Source: Thermoanaerobaculia bacterium (lineage in GTDB: Bacteria > Acidobacteriota > Thermoanaerobaculia > Multivoradales > Multivoraceae). From it: a stretch of DNA of 64,000 nucleotides. This document shows positions 39,248 through 49,694 of the stretch, piece after piece. The notes beneath the pieces were generated by a model. It did no database searches, had not been told where the DNA came from, and saw only the letters and a program-made list of their open reading frames with translations. The DNA lies in contig OY761158.1 in assembly GCA_963664405.1 (NCBI GenBank), positions 5,856,001-5,920,000 of the forward strand, given 5' to 3'. The position numbers and the translations under genes were made by a program. Positions within the stretch are counted from its first letter, which is position 1. Every line of letters begins with the position of its first letter.

Positions 39248-40653
39248 GAGTGCCCCAGGGCGGTTCGGAGACCGGAGTACCTGGGCTGGTCGATGGCGAT
39301 CTGACCGACCACGGTCTGGCGCAGGTGTTCAGCCAGGCCGGGCTGGTCGAGAGCCATCTCTCCGGAGCGGAGGGCTTCGACCAGCTGCCAGCGCAGGGCC
39401 TCGAACTCGCCTTCGGTCGCGAGCAGGTCGCGAAGGCCGCTGAGCTCTCGCGCATGGGTGTCGGCGCCAAGCTCGAGCTCACGCACGACGATGTCAATCG
39501 CGTTGCCGGCGACGCGGGCGTGGAAGTTGACCCGTCCCGAGGTCTCCGTCATCACATCGTTGCGAAGGAAGTCTCTGGCCGCCGACAGCAGCTCGTCGGC
39601 TCTCGGCATGGCTAGCGATGAGCTCAGTGGCGATGGCCGCAGGAGAGTCGCGGCGCCGGGAATCAGCAGGTTGACGCAATCGATCTGCGCTTCCGAGGAT
39701 CGTCGCCCGATCGCCGCTCGCTCGACCGAGCTGTCGGGTCCACTGCGGAAGCTCTCGACCATCGACAAACAACTGATCGACCACCAGAACGAGCCGAATA
39801 CGGTCCAGTAGTGGACCCGCGCTCGGTCGACGGGCTTGCCGGTGACCGCTTCGTAGCCCGAGAACAGCTGTTCATGGGTTCCGAAGCCCCCGACCGGCAG
39901 CTCGGTTCGACCATAAGTCCAGGAGTTATTGCACAGCCATCCGAGATCTCGCATCGGGTCGCCGATGTGAGCCAACTCCCAGTCGAGTACGGCGCGCACG
40001 CCGTCTACGCCGACGACCATGTTGCCGTTGCGGAACTCGGCGTGGACCAAGCTCTCGTCCGTGGGCGGAGGAAGGTTCTCGAGCAACCATCGCGCCGTAA
40101 AATCGATCATCGGTTGGGGTGTGAGGAGCGCTTTGTAACGCGAGTAGTTGAGCTCGACCTCATCTCGCGCCTGCGAGCGGTAGAGGGTGCTGTCCAGACC
40201 TGCCCCTTCGAAGTCGATGGCATGAATTCGGGCCAGGATCTCGCCACACTGGTAGGCGAGCTTGGGCCTGATCTCTGCGAGGTCCGGAGATCTGACGACA
40301 CGTGAGCCGAGCGTCTCGCCCTCTACCCACTCCATCAGGAATCCGCTGCCCAACCCGTCCGAGTCTTCGAGGATGTGGAGAATCTTCGGCGCTGGAATGG
40401 CATTCGCTGCTGCCAGTCGCATGAGCTCAGCCTGGGCTCTCAGCCCGGGCCGAGGGTCGGAAGCGCCTGAGCCGGCACCTCCCGGCCCACGGCGCAGGCA
40501 CAGCCTGAGCGGGCCTCGGACGGTCTTCAGCTGGATCTCGTAGGTCTCCGCGCTCGCTCCCTGAGGTAGGCGGTCGAGACTTTCCAGTGACTCGAACCCT
40601 GGCACGATAGCGCTCAAGAGGCGTGTCAGCGCGTCTCTCATCGTCGTCATCAC
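39244..40653 (-). CDS. APH-like phosphotransferase family protein with C-terminal helical domain
   Basis: LVHAEFRNGN, VLDWELAHIGDPMRDLGW, C-terminal IDQPRYS. Confidence 0.88.
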   Translation of the reverse strand: MMTTMRDALTRLLSAIVPGFESLESLDRLPQGASAETYEIQLKTVRGPLRLCLRRGPGGAGSGASDPRPGLRAQAELMRLAAANAIPAPKILHILEDSDGLGSGFLMEWVEGETLGSRVVRSPDLAEIRPKLAYQCGEILARIHAIDFEGAGLDSTLYRSQARDEVELNYSRYKALLTPQPMIDFTARWLLENLPPPTDESLVHAEFRNGNMVVGVDGVRAVLDWELAHIGDPMRDLGWLCNNSWTYGRTELPVGGFGTHEQLFSGYEAVTGKPVDRARVHYWTVFGSFWWSISCLSMVESFRSGPDSSVERAAIGRRSSEAQIDCVNLLIPGAATLLRPSPLSSSLAMPRADELLSAARDFLRNDVMTETSGRVNFHARVAGNAIDIVVRELELGADTHARELSGLRDLLATEGEFEALRWQLVEALRSGEMALDQPGLAEHLRQTVVGQIAIDQPRYSGLRTALGHS

Positions 40654-40740
40654 CTAGGCTTTGCCGTGACGACGATACACCGTAAGCTCGGCCCTGAGCT
40701 CGACCAGTGTGGACTCAGTCGAAGGAGAGGATGAGAGCCG

Positions 40741-41649
40741 ATGAACCCTGAAACCCACCCTCAGCGCCCTACCACCTTTGAGAGCATGGTGGAGAGGCAG
40801 GCGCCCATGATGACGCCGGAGGGCATCCAAAAGGGGCTCGCCTTTCAGCCTCGAGCAACCGACATCATCATTTCTCCCTTCGGTAAATCGGGGACGACCT
40901 GGCTCCAGCAGATCGTCCACGGTCTCAGAACGCGCGGAGACATGGACTTTGACGACATCTCGAGGGTGGCTCCGTGGATCGAGACCGCTCATGATCTTGG
41001 CCTGGATCTCGACGCCCCGCAGAAGGCTCATCCCCGAGCCTACAAGAGCCACTGCAGCTGGACGCAGGTACCGAAAGGCGCTCGCTACGTGGTCTCTTTG
41101 AGAGACCCGAAGGATGCTCTGGTTTCCATGTATCGCTTCATGGAGGGCTGGTTTTTTGAACCTGGAACCATCTCCATCGAGACTCTGGCTCGGCGACGAT
41201 ATTTCGTGCGCGGCGAATCACGAGACTATTGGAGCCACCTGGTTTCGTGGTGGGAGCATCGTCATGATGCCAACGTCTTGGTGCTTTCGTTCGAAGAGGT
41301 GAAGCTTGATCTACCCGGTACGGTGAGGAGGGTCGCCGAGTTCATCGGAGTGGAGCTCGATCCAGAACTGCTCGACATCGTGGTTCGGCAGTCATCTCTG
41401 GACTTTATGTTGAAGCATAAGGACCGCTTCGACGACCTGCTGATGCGTCAGCACAGTGAGGCCGTTGCCGGCTTGCCGCCGGGAAGCGATTCGGCGAAGG
41501 TCCGTAGCGGAAAGGTCGGATCTCACCGTACGGAGCTCCCAAAGGAGTTGAGTCTGGAGATGGACCGTATTTGGCAAGAGGAGGTCGAGGCCAAGCTCGG
41601 TTTTCCGACCTACGAAGCCTTGCGCAAAGAATTGGTAGCTGCAGCTTGA
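40741..41649 (+). CDS. PAPS-dependent sulfotransferase (Sulfotransfer_1 type)
   Basis: 5'-PSB motif KSGTTWL, KSH, 3'-PB motif RDPKDALVS, KVRSGKVG. Confidence 0.92.
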   Translation: MNPETHPQRPTTFESMVERQAPMMTPEGIQKGLAFQPRATDIIISPFGKSGTTWLQQIVHGLRTRGDMDFDDISRVAPWIETAHDLGLDLDAPQKAHPRAYKSHCSWTQVPKGARYVVSLRDPKDALVSMYRFMEGWFFEPGTISIETLARRRYFVRGESRDYWSHLVSWWEHRHDANVLVLSFEEVKLDLPGTVRRVAEFIGVELDPELLDIVVRQSSLDFMLKHKDRFDDLLMRQHSEAVAGLPPGSDSAKVRSGKVGSHRTELPKELSLEMDRIWQEEVEAKLGFPTYEALRKELVAAA

Positions 41650-41665
41650 GACTGGACAACGAGGA

Positions 41666-42121
41666 GTGAGCGGCCTGATCACCGACGAGATTCGTTCTTC
41701 GATCGGCGCCAGCGAGAGCTTTGGTCCGATCGAAGTGACCCGGCGTGAGATCGTCAAGTATGCGGTCGCGACCGAACAACGCCTGGGTCGGATCAAGCGC
41801 GGTGACGAAGCGCCACCGATGTTTCTCTTTGGTGTCCTGCGTCCCATCCTCGAGGCTTCGCAGCTAGGTGAGGATGGCTTGGCCGGAGATCCGCTACTAC
41901 CCGAGCTGCCGCTGCAGCGAGTGATGGCGGGCGGCACCAAGATGCGATATCTCCGCGCCGTACGCCCCGGAGATGTACTGGTTGCCACGCGCACTTTGGT
42001 CGAACTCTACGAGAAGGCAGGGCGATTGGGCCCGCTCATTTTCGTCGTTTACGAATTGCGGATCGCGACCCAGAGCGGTGAGTTGATTGCGGAAGAGACC
42101 CAGACCCGAATCGCACGGTGA
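41666..42121 (+). CDS. MaoC-like dehydratase N-terminal (hotdog) protein
   Basis: VTRREIVKYAVAT, APPMF, MAGG, Y.R.VRPGD, YEK.GR.GPLIFV. Confidence 0.85.
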   Translation: MSGLITDEIRSSIGASESFGPIEVTRREIVKYAVATEQRLGRIKRGDEAPPMFLFGVLRPILEASQLGEDGLAGDPLLPELPLQRVMAGGTKMRYLRAVRPGDVLVATRTLVELYEKAGRLGPLIFVVYELRIATQSGELIAEETQTRIAR

Positions 42122-42552
42122 GAACGATGCCTGATCTCGACAAGCTAGAGCTTGGTGACGTACTTCCCGAGCGCACCTACGTCCCAAGCAACGTGTCCCT
42201 CTTTCTCTACAATGCGGCGATCTGGAATGCCCATCGGATCCACTACGACGAGCGCTACACGACCGAAGAAGAGCACCACCCGGGGGTGGTTGTCGATGGT
42301 CCGCTACAAGGGGATTGGCTGACGCAAACAGTTCTCGAGTGGATCGGTGAGGATGGAGTGCTGATCGAGTTTGCCTACTCCAATCGACTGGCTTCCTACC
42401 TCGGGGATGAATTGACCACGGGAGGCTCGGTTACCCAAATCGATGCCGCCAGTGGCGAGGTCGCGCTCGAGCTCTTTGTTCGCAACCAGAATGGAGAAGT
42501 GACGACCCCCGGCAGCGCCCGCGTCAGACTTGCCAAGGGACCGAGGCGGTGA
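42118..42552 (+). CDS. MaoC-like acyl dehydratase
   Basis: LFLYNAAIWNAHRIHYD, VVVDGPLQ; coupled to the previous gene. Confidence 0.85.
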   Translation: MRTMPDLDKLELGDVLPERTYVPSNVSLFLYNAAIWNAHRIHYDERYTTEEEHHPGVVVDGPLQGDWLTQTVLEWIGEDGVLIEFAYSNRLASYLGDELTTGGSVTQIDAASGEVALELFVRNQNGEVTTPGSARVRLAKGPRR

Positions 42553-42674
42553 TCAAGAGCCCAGCTTGCCAGCCGCACCCCTCGCCGCCCTATCGCAGCG
42601 GGATCGAGCCGGCCGCTATCGATCTTCCGGCTCCGACTCTCGGAGAGCACAGCCAACACGTGATTGGAGAGATC

Positions 42675-42853
42675 CTAGACCAGCGTTTCCAAAGTTCGGG
42701 CTGCATAGCTTGAGCTCATTCTGTTCGCTGGCCAGGCGCGCTGACGCAGGCATATTGGGCAATATGTCGAGGAGCGCGGGGGCGCCTAGCCAACGCCGGC
42801 AGCGGGCAGAAGGGGCCGAGATATGTGCGCGAACTTTGGAAACGCTGGTCTAG
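42675..42853. mobile_element. MITE-like non-coding element with terminal inverted repeats bounded by CTAG
   Basis: CCTAGACCAGCGTTTCCAAAGTTCG (42674-42698) is the exact reverse complement of 42830-42854; internal palindrome CATATTG-GG-CAATATG (42751-42766). Confidence 0.75.
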
Positions 42854-42923
42854 GGCTCGGGGCGGAGGATCTCGCCGGGCTCGAAGAGCGCTGAGTCATC
42901 GGCACCGAGCCACCGTAGAAGCT

Positions 42924-44237
42924 TCAGCCCAAGAGCGGAGCGAGGAGGCCGGCGCCGCTCTCGAATGCCAGCGGCGCTGGGTCTGAAAGGATCTCGATAT
43001 TGGCATTGGCGCTCGCCTCCTCGAGCAGGGACGCCGACGCCCACATCTCATCCAACTTGGATGTGTTCTGGATCCAGGCCAGCCGCAGCGATGCCGGGTC
43101 CTCCTCTTGACGGAAGCTGAGCATGACCTGCATCGCCTGTAGCTCGGTCTCGGTGAGGAGGGGAATCTTGCATGCACTCAGGCGCTTCGCTGTATACGCA
43201 TTCATGTAGGTGGCGTTGAGGTCGATGGTGTCGAATACGCCACGCGGCATGATGTCGGCGTTGCCGATGCCGGTTGCGTTGCCGTGGGTGGACTCGGTCA
43301 AGCTTCGCAAGTAGATGGCGCCGATGCGTGGCTTGGTGGCGCCGGGCTTCTTCCCTATGACATTGGTGTCCATCCCCGAGCCGCTGATGTTCTTGCCCAT
43401 TTCGTCGACGATGAGTGCATCCAGATCGTCGAAGGGCAGGCGGGCCAGCCACTCGTAGGCTTGTTCCAAGAGGCTCGCTTCCGCATCGATCAGTGCGGCA
43501 TGGCTCTTCATCTCCACGCCTTTGATCGCTGCGGTTTCCTTGAACGGGTTCTCGACCAGGGCGAGGCCGCCAAGCAACCTGGGACGATTGGCTTCCACGA
43601 TGATTCGAGAGGCGTCCAGAACCATCTGCCCCATCGCCACCCGCAACGCCTGTTGGTGAATGCGGGAGGCGTCCGCCTGCTTGCCGAGACCGATCACCAG
43701 CATCTTGCAGAGCCCGCTCTCGACCCGCGCGGTAAAACCAGTATGAGGCTTGACCCGGTTGACCACGAGTACGCCGTCGGCATCGTGAGCGAGGCGGTCC
43801 TGGTAGACCGGGAATCCGGTAGCCGTAGTACCGACTTGCACGACTTCCATGCTGGCCCGGATGGGGCATCCGGCGCTGTTCTCGTTCAATCCGTGAATAT
43901 CGTCGAGCACCCCTACCTGGCCTTCCACGGTGGCGCCTCCATGGCTGCCCATGGCCGGCACCACGAAGGGCTCCGCGCCCTTCTCGCGGAGCGCTCTGAC
44001 CGCCTCGGCCACCACCTCCACGAAGTTGCTGATTCCGCGGCTACTGCCGGTTATCGCGATCTTCTGTCCGGCTCCAACGCCGGCGATCAGCGGTGCGAGC
44101 TCGCGGTGCACCGCGGCGGCGATATCTCGTTCCACGGGCCGAGGAAAGTGCTGACGCAGACGGAAGAGATGCGGTACATCCGCGGCGCCCACGCCTGCCT
44201 GATGCTCAGTGAGCTCGAAGCGTGTTGGGTTCTGCAT
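42924..44237 (-). CDS. Lactate-racemase (LarA) N-domain / DUF362-like protein
   Basis: SRGI, VPAMGSHGGAT, NRVKPHT, ESGLCKM.VIGLGK, GKNISGSGMDTN. Confidence 0.82.
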   Translation of the reverse strand: MQNPTRFELTEHQAGVGAADVPHLFRLRQHFPRPVERDIAAAVHRELAPLIAGVGAGQKIAITGSSRGISNFVEVVAEAVRALREKGAEPFVVPAMGSHGGATVEGQVGVLDDIHGLNENSAGCPIRASMEVVQVGTTATGFPVYQDRLAHDADGVLVVNRVKPHTGFTARVESGLCKMLVIGLGKQADASRIHQQALRVAMGQMVLDASRIIVEANRPRLLGGLALVENPFKETAAIKGVEMKSHAALIDAEASLLEQAYEWLARLPFDDLDALIVDEMGKNISGSGMDTNVIGKKPGATKPRIGAIYLRSLTESTHGNATGIGNADIMPRGVFDTIDLNATYMNAYTAKRLSACKIPLLTETELQAMQVMLSFRQEEDPASLRLAWIQNTSKLDEMWASASLLEEASANANIEILSDPAPLAFESGAGLLAPLLG

Positions 44238-44342
44238 GGTTTCGCGCGGCCGAATGCGCTGTCCGGTTCAGCAAAGTCCGTACAAAGAGCAGGTGAGTCG
44301 GGGGAAATGATACCAACCATTTCCTGATGCGCGCACGCGGGC

Positions 44343-45008
44343 CTAGCGGTGCCGCTTGACGCCTATTCGGGGGCAGCGCCGCTCGAGTGGGCAGAGGGAG
44401 CACTTCGGGCTCGCCGGTACACAGGTATGCTGGCCGAAGCTCACCAGTAGCCGATTGAGATCAAGCCAGTAGCGGCGGTGAAGACGATCGCGCAGGGCCA
44501 TCTCGGTAGCCAAGGGGCTGTCGGTATCCACATACCCCCAGAGGTTGGCTATACGGTGAACATGGGTGTCCACACAGATCGCCGGCTTGCGAAAACCCTC
44601 GATGAGAACGAGATTCGCGGTTTTGCGCCCGACTCCTGGAAGCTCGACGAGCTCTTCGATGGTGTCGGGCACCTGGCCGCCGAATCGCTCGATCAGAAGT
44701 CGACACGTACGCTTCAGGTTCTTTGCCTTGGTCAGGTAGAAGCCCACCGGGAAGATCAGGCGCGCCAATCGCGACTCGCGCAAACCAGCCACCGCCGCTG
44801 GGTCGTCGGCGACCGCGAACAGGCGCTCGCTTGCGGCGGCCGTTACCTCGTCCTTGGTGCGGGCGCTCAGAAGAGTCGAGACCAGAACCCGGAAGGGATC
44901 GCGGCCGCCCTGGGCGATGAGAGTGACGACCGGAGGCTCCACGTCGGCCACGTGATCGCGCACCTTGCGCAGGAAGTGGGGGATACGCCGATTGTCTACA
45001 GGCGCCAC
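44343..45008 (-). CDS. nth: Endonuclease III
   Basis: HhH LPGVGRKTAN, VDTHVHRI, C-terminal Cx6Cx2Cx5C 4Fe-4S motif. Confidence 0.95.
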   Translation of the reverse strand: MAPVDNRRIPHFLRKVRDHVADVEPPVVTLIAQGGRDPFRVLVSTLLSARTKDEVTAAASERLFAVADDPAAVAGLRESRLARLIFPVGFYLTKAKNLKRTCRLLIERFGGQVPDTIEELVELPGVGRKTANLVLIEGFRKPAICVDTHVHRIANLWGYVDTDSPLATEMALRDRLHRRYWLDLNRLLVSFGQHTCVPASPKCSLCPLERRCPRIGVKRHR

Positions 45009-45047
45009 GGCACCGCCGGCAGCCGTCAGCGGTCGCTCCTTTCTTGC

Positions 45048-45482
45048 TCAGATGCGCTCGAGTACGACAACTGGAATCGTTCTCGTGGTGTTGGCTTGGT
45101 ACTCGTCGTAGGCGGGCCAGATCTCGGCCATCGCCTTCCATAATGCCGGCTTCTCAGCGGCGTTCGCCGTTCTCGCTCTGGCACGAAAGCGATCCGCTGC
45201 TACTTGGACTTCGACCTCCGGTTGTGCTTCGAGATTGAGATACCAGCCCGGGTGCGTGGGTGCTCCGCCGCGGGAGGCTACTACCAAGTAGTCGTCCCCG
45301 CTCTGGCCGTAGATGAGAGGTAGGGTCTTCGCCTTCCCCGAGCGCCGACCCGTTGTCGTCAGCAGAAGGGTCGGGACGCCTCTCCAGATGTGTCCATCCT
45401 CGCCGTCTGTCTCTATGTATCGGCGCATATGGTCCGCGATCCAGTCGGGGAGCGGTGTTTCGGTCTCGGTCGGGTCTGTCAT
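45048..45482 (-). CDS. Deazaflavin (F420)-dependent nitroreductase family protein (Ddn-like)
   Basis: LLLTTTGRRSG, VVASRGG..HPGWYLNL, YDEYQ..T.R.IPVVVL. Confidence 0.9.
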   Translation of the reverse strand: MTDPTETETPLPDWIADHMRRYIETDGEDGHIWRGVPTLLLTTTGRRSGKAKTLPLIYGQSGDDYLVVASRGGAPTHPGWYLNLEAQPEVEVQVAADRFRARARTANAAEKPALWKAMAEIWPAYDEYQANTTRTIPVVVLERI

Positions 45483-45665
45483 GTCTGAACTCCGTCTCTC
45501 AGGGCGCTCGCCAGGCTGGTCAGAGCCCGAGCCGAGCGTGCGGCGAGGAAGTAATGATAAACATCGTTTTCGGAGCCTAGCAGCGGAGCACTGCATCCGT
45601 GAGCCGCCCGCCGCAGACTTCGGTAGGATTCCGCTTCTGGAAAGCTCGTTGTGGAAGGGAAGAGG

Positions 45666-46130
45666 ATGAAAAGAGAGCTCTGGATCATCGCGCTCAGTAT
45701 TTGCCTTTTCGTTGCGTGCAATCGCGGGCCTGAGCCGCCGTCCTTCAATACGTCCGTCAGTGTCAGTGATCTGATGAAGGGAATCGTCGATCCTGCAGCC
45801 GATGTGCTGTGGGCCTCGGTTGGCACGATCATTACGGAAGAGAGTGTTGAAGAGATCTACCCTCGCGACGACGCGGAATGGGCCGTGGTCCGCAACGCCA
45901 CCATCACGCTCATGGAGTCAGGGAACTTGTTGATGGTCGGCGACCGTGCCCAGTCCACCGGGCCATGGATGGAGATGGCGAAGGCGTTGATCGATGCTGG
46001 GGAGATCGCGAAGAAAGCCGCCGAATCCAAGGACCCCGAGGAGATCTTCGCCATCGGCGGCGTCGTGTACGCGGCCTGTAACAATTGCCACGGTACCTAT
46101 TGGGTGGACGATCCGCGACAAGGTTTGTAG
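45666..46130 (+). CDS. Class II (cytochrome c'-like) c-type cytochrome lipoprotein
   Basis: Lipobox FVAC, helical body, single C-terminal CNNCH heme-binding motif. Confidence 0.75.
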   Translation: MKRELWIIALSICLFVACNRGPEPPSFNTSVSVSDLMKGIVDPAADVLWASVGTIITEESVEEIYPRDDAEWAVVRNATITLMESGNLLMVGDRAQSTGPWMEMAKALIDAGEIAKKAAESKDPEEIFAIGGVVYAACNNCHGTYWVDDPRQGL

Positions 46131-46207
46131 AGGATTTGCAATATGGCAGCAGCGAAGTGGAGCCCTCTCGGTTGGCGTCTCGAGCAGTCGGCAGAGGGAG
46201 GTCCGAG

Positions 46208-47239
46208 ATGACGGAGCCCACCCCAGGGACGGCCGCTTGGCTGGATCGGGTAGTAGAAGAGATTATCGAGCCCGAGCGGCGCATCATCGATCCGCATCAC
46301 CATTTGTGGCGAGATCGGGGGCGGCTGGGCTCCTATGTCTTATCTGACCTTTGGGCGGATACCGGCTCCGGACACAACATCGAAAAGACCGTCTTCGTCG
46401 AGTGTCACGCCAGCTACCGTGAGGACGGACCGGAGCGGCTTCGCCCGGTGGGGGAGACCGATTTCGTCGCGGAGATCGCCGAAGAGAGCGCCCGAGGCGC
46501 AGATACGGAGGTCGCCGGCGCTGAGCCGCAGGTCGCCGGCATCGTTTCGCACGCCGATCTGACTCTGGGGGACGCGGTAGAGGAGGTTCTGCTCGCCCAC
46601 CGGGAGGCCGGCCTCGGCCGCTTTCGTGGCATTCGCCACTCTGGCGCGCGAGACCCTCATCCGGAAGCGCTCTCGATCCCTGGGCGGGCGCCGGAGGGGC
46701 TCTATGCAAATGAGGATTTTCGCAGCGGCTTGCGGGTGCTGGCGCGTCTCGGCCTGACTTTCGACAGCTGGCACTATCACCACCAGACCCTGGCTTTTGC
46801 AGAGCTGGCCCGCGCCGTGCCCGAGGCGACGATGATCCTCGACCACTTCGGTACGCCGCTGGGTGTCGGCCCGTATCGCGAGCACCGAGACGAGATCTTC
46901 CAGCAGTGGAAGACCGACATCGTCGAGGTCGCTCGCTGTCCCAACGTCGTCGCCAAGCTCGGTGGTTTGGCAATGCCCGATAACGGCTATGACTGGGATC
47001 GGCGCAGCGTGCCTGCTTCTTCTGATGAGCTGGTGGCGGCGCAGGGACGCTACTACGATCATGCGATCGATTGCTTCGGGCCCGAGCGCTGCATGTTCGA
47101 GAGCAACTTCCCGGTCGACAAGAGGTCGTTGTCGTATCCAGTTCTGTGGAACGCGTTGAAGAAGATCGCCGCTGATTTCTCAGAGGATGAGAAGGACGCG
47201 ATGTTCTACGCCACGGCGGCCCGCGTCTACGGCCTCTGA
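46208..47239 (+). CDS. Amidohydrolase (Amidohydro_2 family)
   Basis: [38 protein letters not shown]. Confidence 0.92.
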   Translation: MTEPTPGTAAWLDRVVEEIIEPERRIIDPHHHLWRDRGRLGSYVLSDLWADTGSGHNIEKTVFVECHASYREDGPERLRPVGETDFVAEIAEESARGADTEVAGAEPQVAGIVSHADLTLGDAVEEVLLAHREAGLGRFRGIRHSGARDPHPEALSIPGRAPEGLYANEDFRSGLRVLARLGLTFDSWHYHHQTLAFAELARAVPEATMILDHFGTPLGVGPYREHRDEIFQQWKTDIVEVARCPNVVAKLGGLAMPDNGYDWDRRSVPASSDELVAAQGRYYDHAIDCFGPERCMFESNFPVDKRSLSYPVLWNALKKIAADFSEDEKDAMFYATAARVYGL

Positions 47240-48720
47240 TGGCGAAGACAACGAATTCTGCGCGGCGCTCCGCCCGAGTCTTCGCGAGCTACGCAGGGCT
47301 TGGCGACTGTTACGACGAGCTCGTTCATGCGGATGGCGAGCTACGGCGGGATGTGGTGCGGGTGGGGCGGCTCCTCGATGATCTGGGTCAGGCCGAGTTT
47401 CGGCGGCGGCAGCGTCTCGCGGATGCGGCCTTGCTCGAAGGAGGAATCACCTTCTCGGTGTACTCGGACGAGCGCGGGGCGGAGAAGATCTTTCCTTTCG
47501 ATCTCATCCCGCGTCTGGTGACGGCGCGGACCTGGACGAAGATCGAGCGCGGCCTCGAGCAGCGAGTTCGGGCCCTGAATGCCTTTCTTGGGGATGTCTA
47601 CGGTCGGCAGATGATCTTTCGTGAGCTGCCGGTGCTCGAGGACCTCGTGCTCTCTTCGGAGGGCTATCTGAAGTCGATGCGGGGCATCAGGCCGCCCCTG
47701 GGTGTCTATATCCACGTTGCCGGTATCGATCTGGTACGGCGCCCGGACGGTGCTTTCGTGGTGCTCGAAGACAACCTCCGGGTGCCGTCCGGTGTCTCTT
47801 ATGTGCTCGAGAACCGAAAGGTGATGAAGCGAGTTCTCCCTGGGATCTTTCATCGGGCCGGGGTGCGCTCGGTCAGTGACTATCCCGCACGTCTGAAACA
47901 GGTACTCGCTTCTTTTCCCGGAGCCGGGACTGCCGACGACGACATCGTGCTGCTCACCCCTGGGCCGTTCAACTCCGCCTATTTCGAGCACACCTTCCTC
48001 GCCCGGCGAATGGGCGTTCCTCTAGTTCAGGGGAGTGATCTCTTCGTGGAGCGCCAGCGCGTCTATCTCAAGACCACCGAGGGCCCGAAGCCGGTGCGAG
48101 TCATCTACCGCCGCATCGACGACGCTTTTTTGGATCCTCGAGCGTTCAATGCCGACAGTATGCTCGGCGTACCGGGTCTGGTGGATGCCTACCGGGCGGG
48201 CAATGTCACTCTCGCTAACGCGATCGGCAACGGTGTGGCCGACGACAAAGCCGTGTACGCCTTTGTACCGGAGATGATTCGCTTCTACCTCGCCGAAGAA
48301 CCGATCCTGGGACAGGTCCCCACTTATCTATGCCTGAGGGAGAAAGATCGCGCTCTGGTGGTCGATCGGCTGGCCGAGCTGGTGGTGAAGCGGGTCGATG
48401 GCTCGGGCGGCTACGGACTCACGGTTGGCCCGATGGCTACGAAGCGTGAGCTGACGGCGTTGCGACGTGCGGTCCTTGCCGACCCTCGAGGCTTCATTGC
48501 GCAGCCCGTCGTGAACTTCTCCACCTGCCCTGCCTTCTCGGGCGGTCGAGTCGCGCCGCGAAGAGTCGACCTCAGACCCTACGTGATCACTGGCAAATCG
48601 AGCTGGGTTCTTCCCGGCGGTCTGACGCGGGTGGCGTTGAAGAAGGGCTCCTACGTCGTCAACTCGAGCCAGGGGGGAGGATCCAAAGACACCTGGGTGC
48701 TGCGAGGCAGGAGCTCGTGA
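47239..48720 (+). CDS. Circularly permuted type 2 ATP-grasp protein
   Basis: [61 protein letters not shown]. Confidence 0.95.
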   Translation: MAKTTNSARRSARVFASYAGLGDCYDELVHADGELRRDVVRVGRLLDDLGQAEFRRRQRLADAALLEGGITFSVYSDERGAEKIFPFDLIPRLVTARTWTKIERGLEQRVRALNAFLGDVYGRQMIFRELPVLEDLVLSSEGYLKSMRGIRPPLGVYIHVAGIDLVRRPDGAFVVLEDNLRVPSGVSYVLENRKVMKRVLPGIFHRAGVRSVSDYPARLKQVLASFPGAGTADDDIVLLTPGPFNSAYFEHTFLARRMGVPLVQGSDLFVERQRVYLKTTEGPKPVRVIYRRIDDAFLDPRAFNADSMLGVPGLVDAYRAGNVTLANAIGNGVADDKAVYAFVPEMIRFYLAEEPILGQVPTYLCLREKDRALVVDRLAELVVKRVDGSGGYGLTVGPMATKRELTALRRAVLADPRGFIAQPVVNFSTCPAFSGGRVAPRRVDLRPYVITGKSSWVLPGGLTRVALKKGSYVVNSSQGGGSKDTWVLRGRSS

Positions 48721-49694
48721 TCTCCCGCGTCGCAGAGTCCTGTTTCTGGCTCGAGCGCTACATCGAGCGCTGCGACAGCACAGCACGCCTGCTCGAGGTG
48801 AACCTTCATCTGCTTCTCGACGTCCGACTTCCGGCGGCGGAGCGCTGGCACCCGCTGCTCATCGCGGCGGGCGAGGAAGAACGGTTCTATCGTCTCTACG
48901 GTCGCCGTGCCGTCCGAGACGACGAATTCGTGCAGAACTACTTGAGCTGGGATGAAGCCAACCCTGCGTCGATCTTGAGCGCCGGGCGATGGGCGCGCGA
49001 GAACGCGAGGGTCATACGCGAGACTCTCAGCCTCGAAGCCTGGGAGACCATCAATGCCTTCTGGCTGTGGTTGTCGTCTGGTCCCGGCAAGCGCCTTTAT
49101 CAGCGGGACCGAGCTGGTTTCTACGCCAAGATCAAACAGCACATCCTGCTCATTCGTGCCGTATGTCAGGACACCATGTTGCACGAGCGGCCGTTTGACT
49201 TTCTGCGTCTGGGTATGGCTCTCGAGAGGGCGGGCCAGACGGCGCGGATGCTCGATGTCAAATATCTGCAGATGGGTCCCGCTCGCTCGGGGTCTTGGGA
49301 GAGCGTAGACGAGCTGACCTTGTGGCTGGCGGTACTGCGCTCCTCCGATGCGACCGAGGCTTTCTTCAAGAGGGGCTATCCCCTGGAAGGTGAGTCGGTG
49401 GCTCGCTTCCTCATCTTCGACCCGGCTCATCCGCGCGCCATTCGCCACAATTTGGATCGGTGCTGGAATTTCCTTCGACGCGTGCGGCCGGTCCGGGGCC
49501 GCGGCTACCGCAGCGCGAGGCTTCTACGAGCGCTGCGGCGGAAGCTGCCGGAGGGTGGCGTAGAGGATGTTCTCGAGCAGGGCATCCATCCCTTCTTGAC
49601 CGAGATCGTGGATGGCGTGTCTGAAGTGGGAGAGGCTCTCAACAGCGACTTCTTCGATCTTCGGCCCGCAGGCTCGGCGAGGACCCGCCTTTGA
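48717..49694 (+). CDS. Alpha-E domain protein
   Basis: [37 protein letters not shown]. Confidence 0.93.
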   Translation: MISRVAESCFWLERYIERCDSTARLLEVNLHLLLDVRLPAAERWHPLLIAAGEEERFYRLYGRRAVRDDEFVQNYLSWDEANPASILSAGRWARENARVIRETLSLEAWETINAFWLWLSSGPGKRLYQRDRAGFYAKIKQHILLIRAVCQDTMLHERPFDFLRLGMALERAGQTARMLDVKYLQMGPARSGSWESVDELTLWLAVLRSSDATEAFFKRGYPLEGESVARFLIFDPAHPRAIRHNLDRCWNFLRRVRPVRGRGYRSARLLRALRRKLPEGGVEDVLEQGIHPFLTEIVDGVSEVGEALNSDFFDLRPAGSARTRL

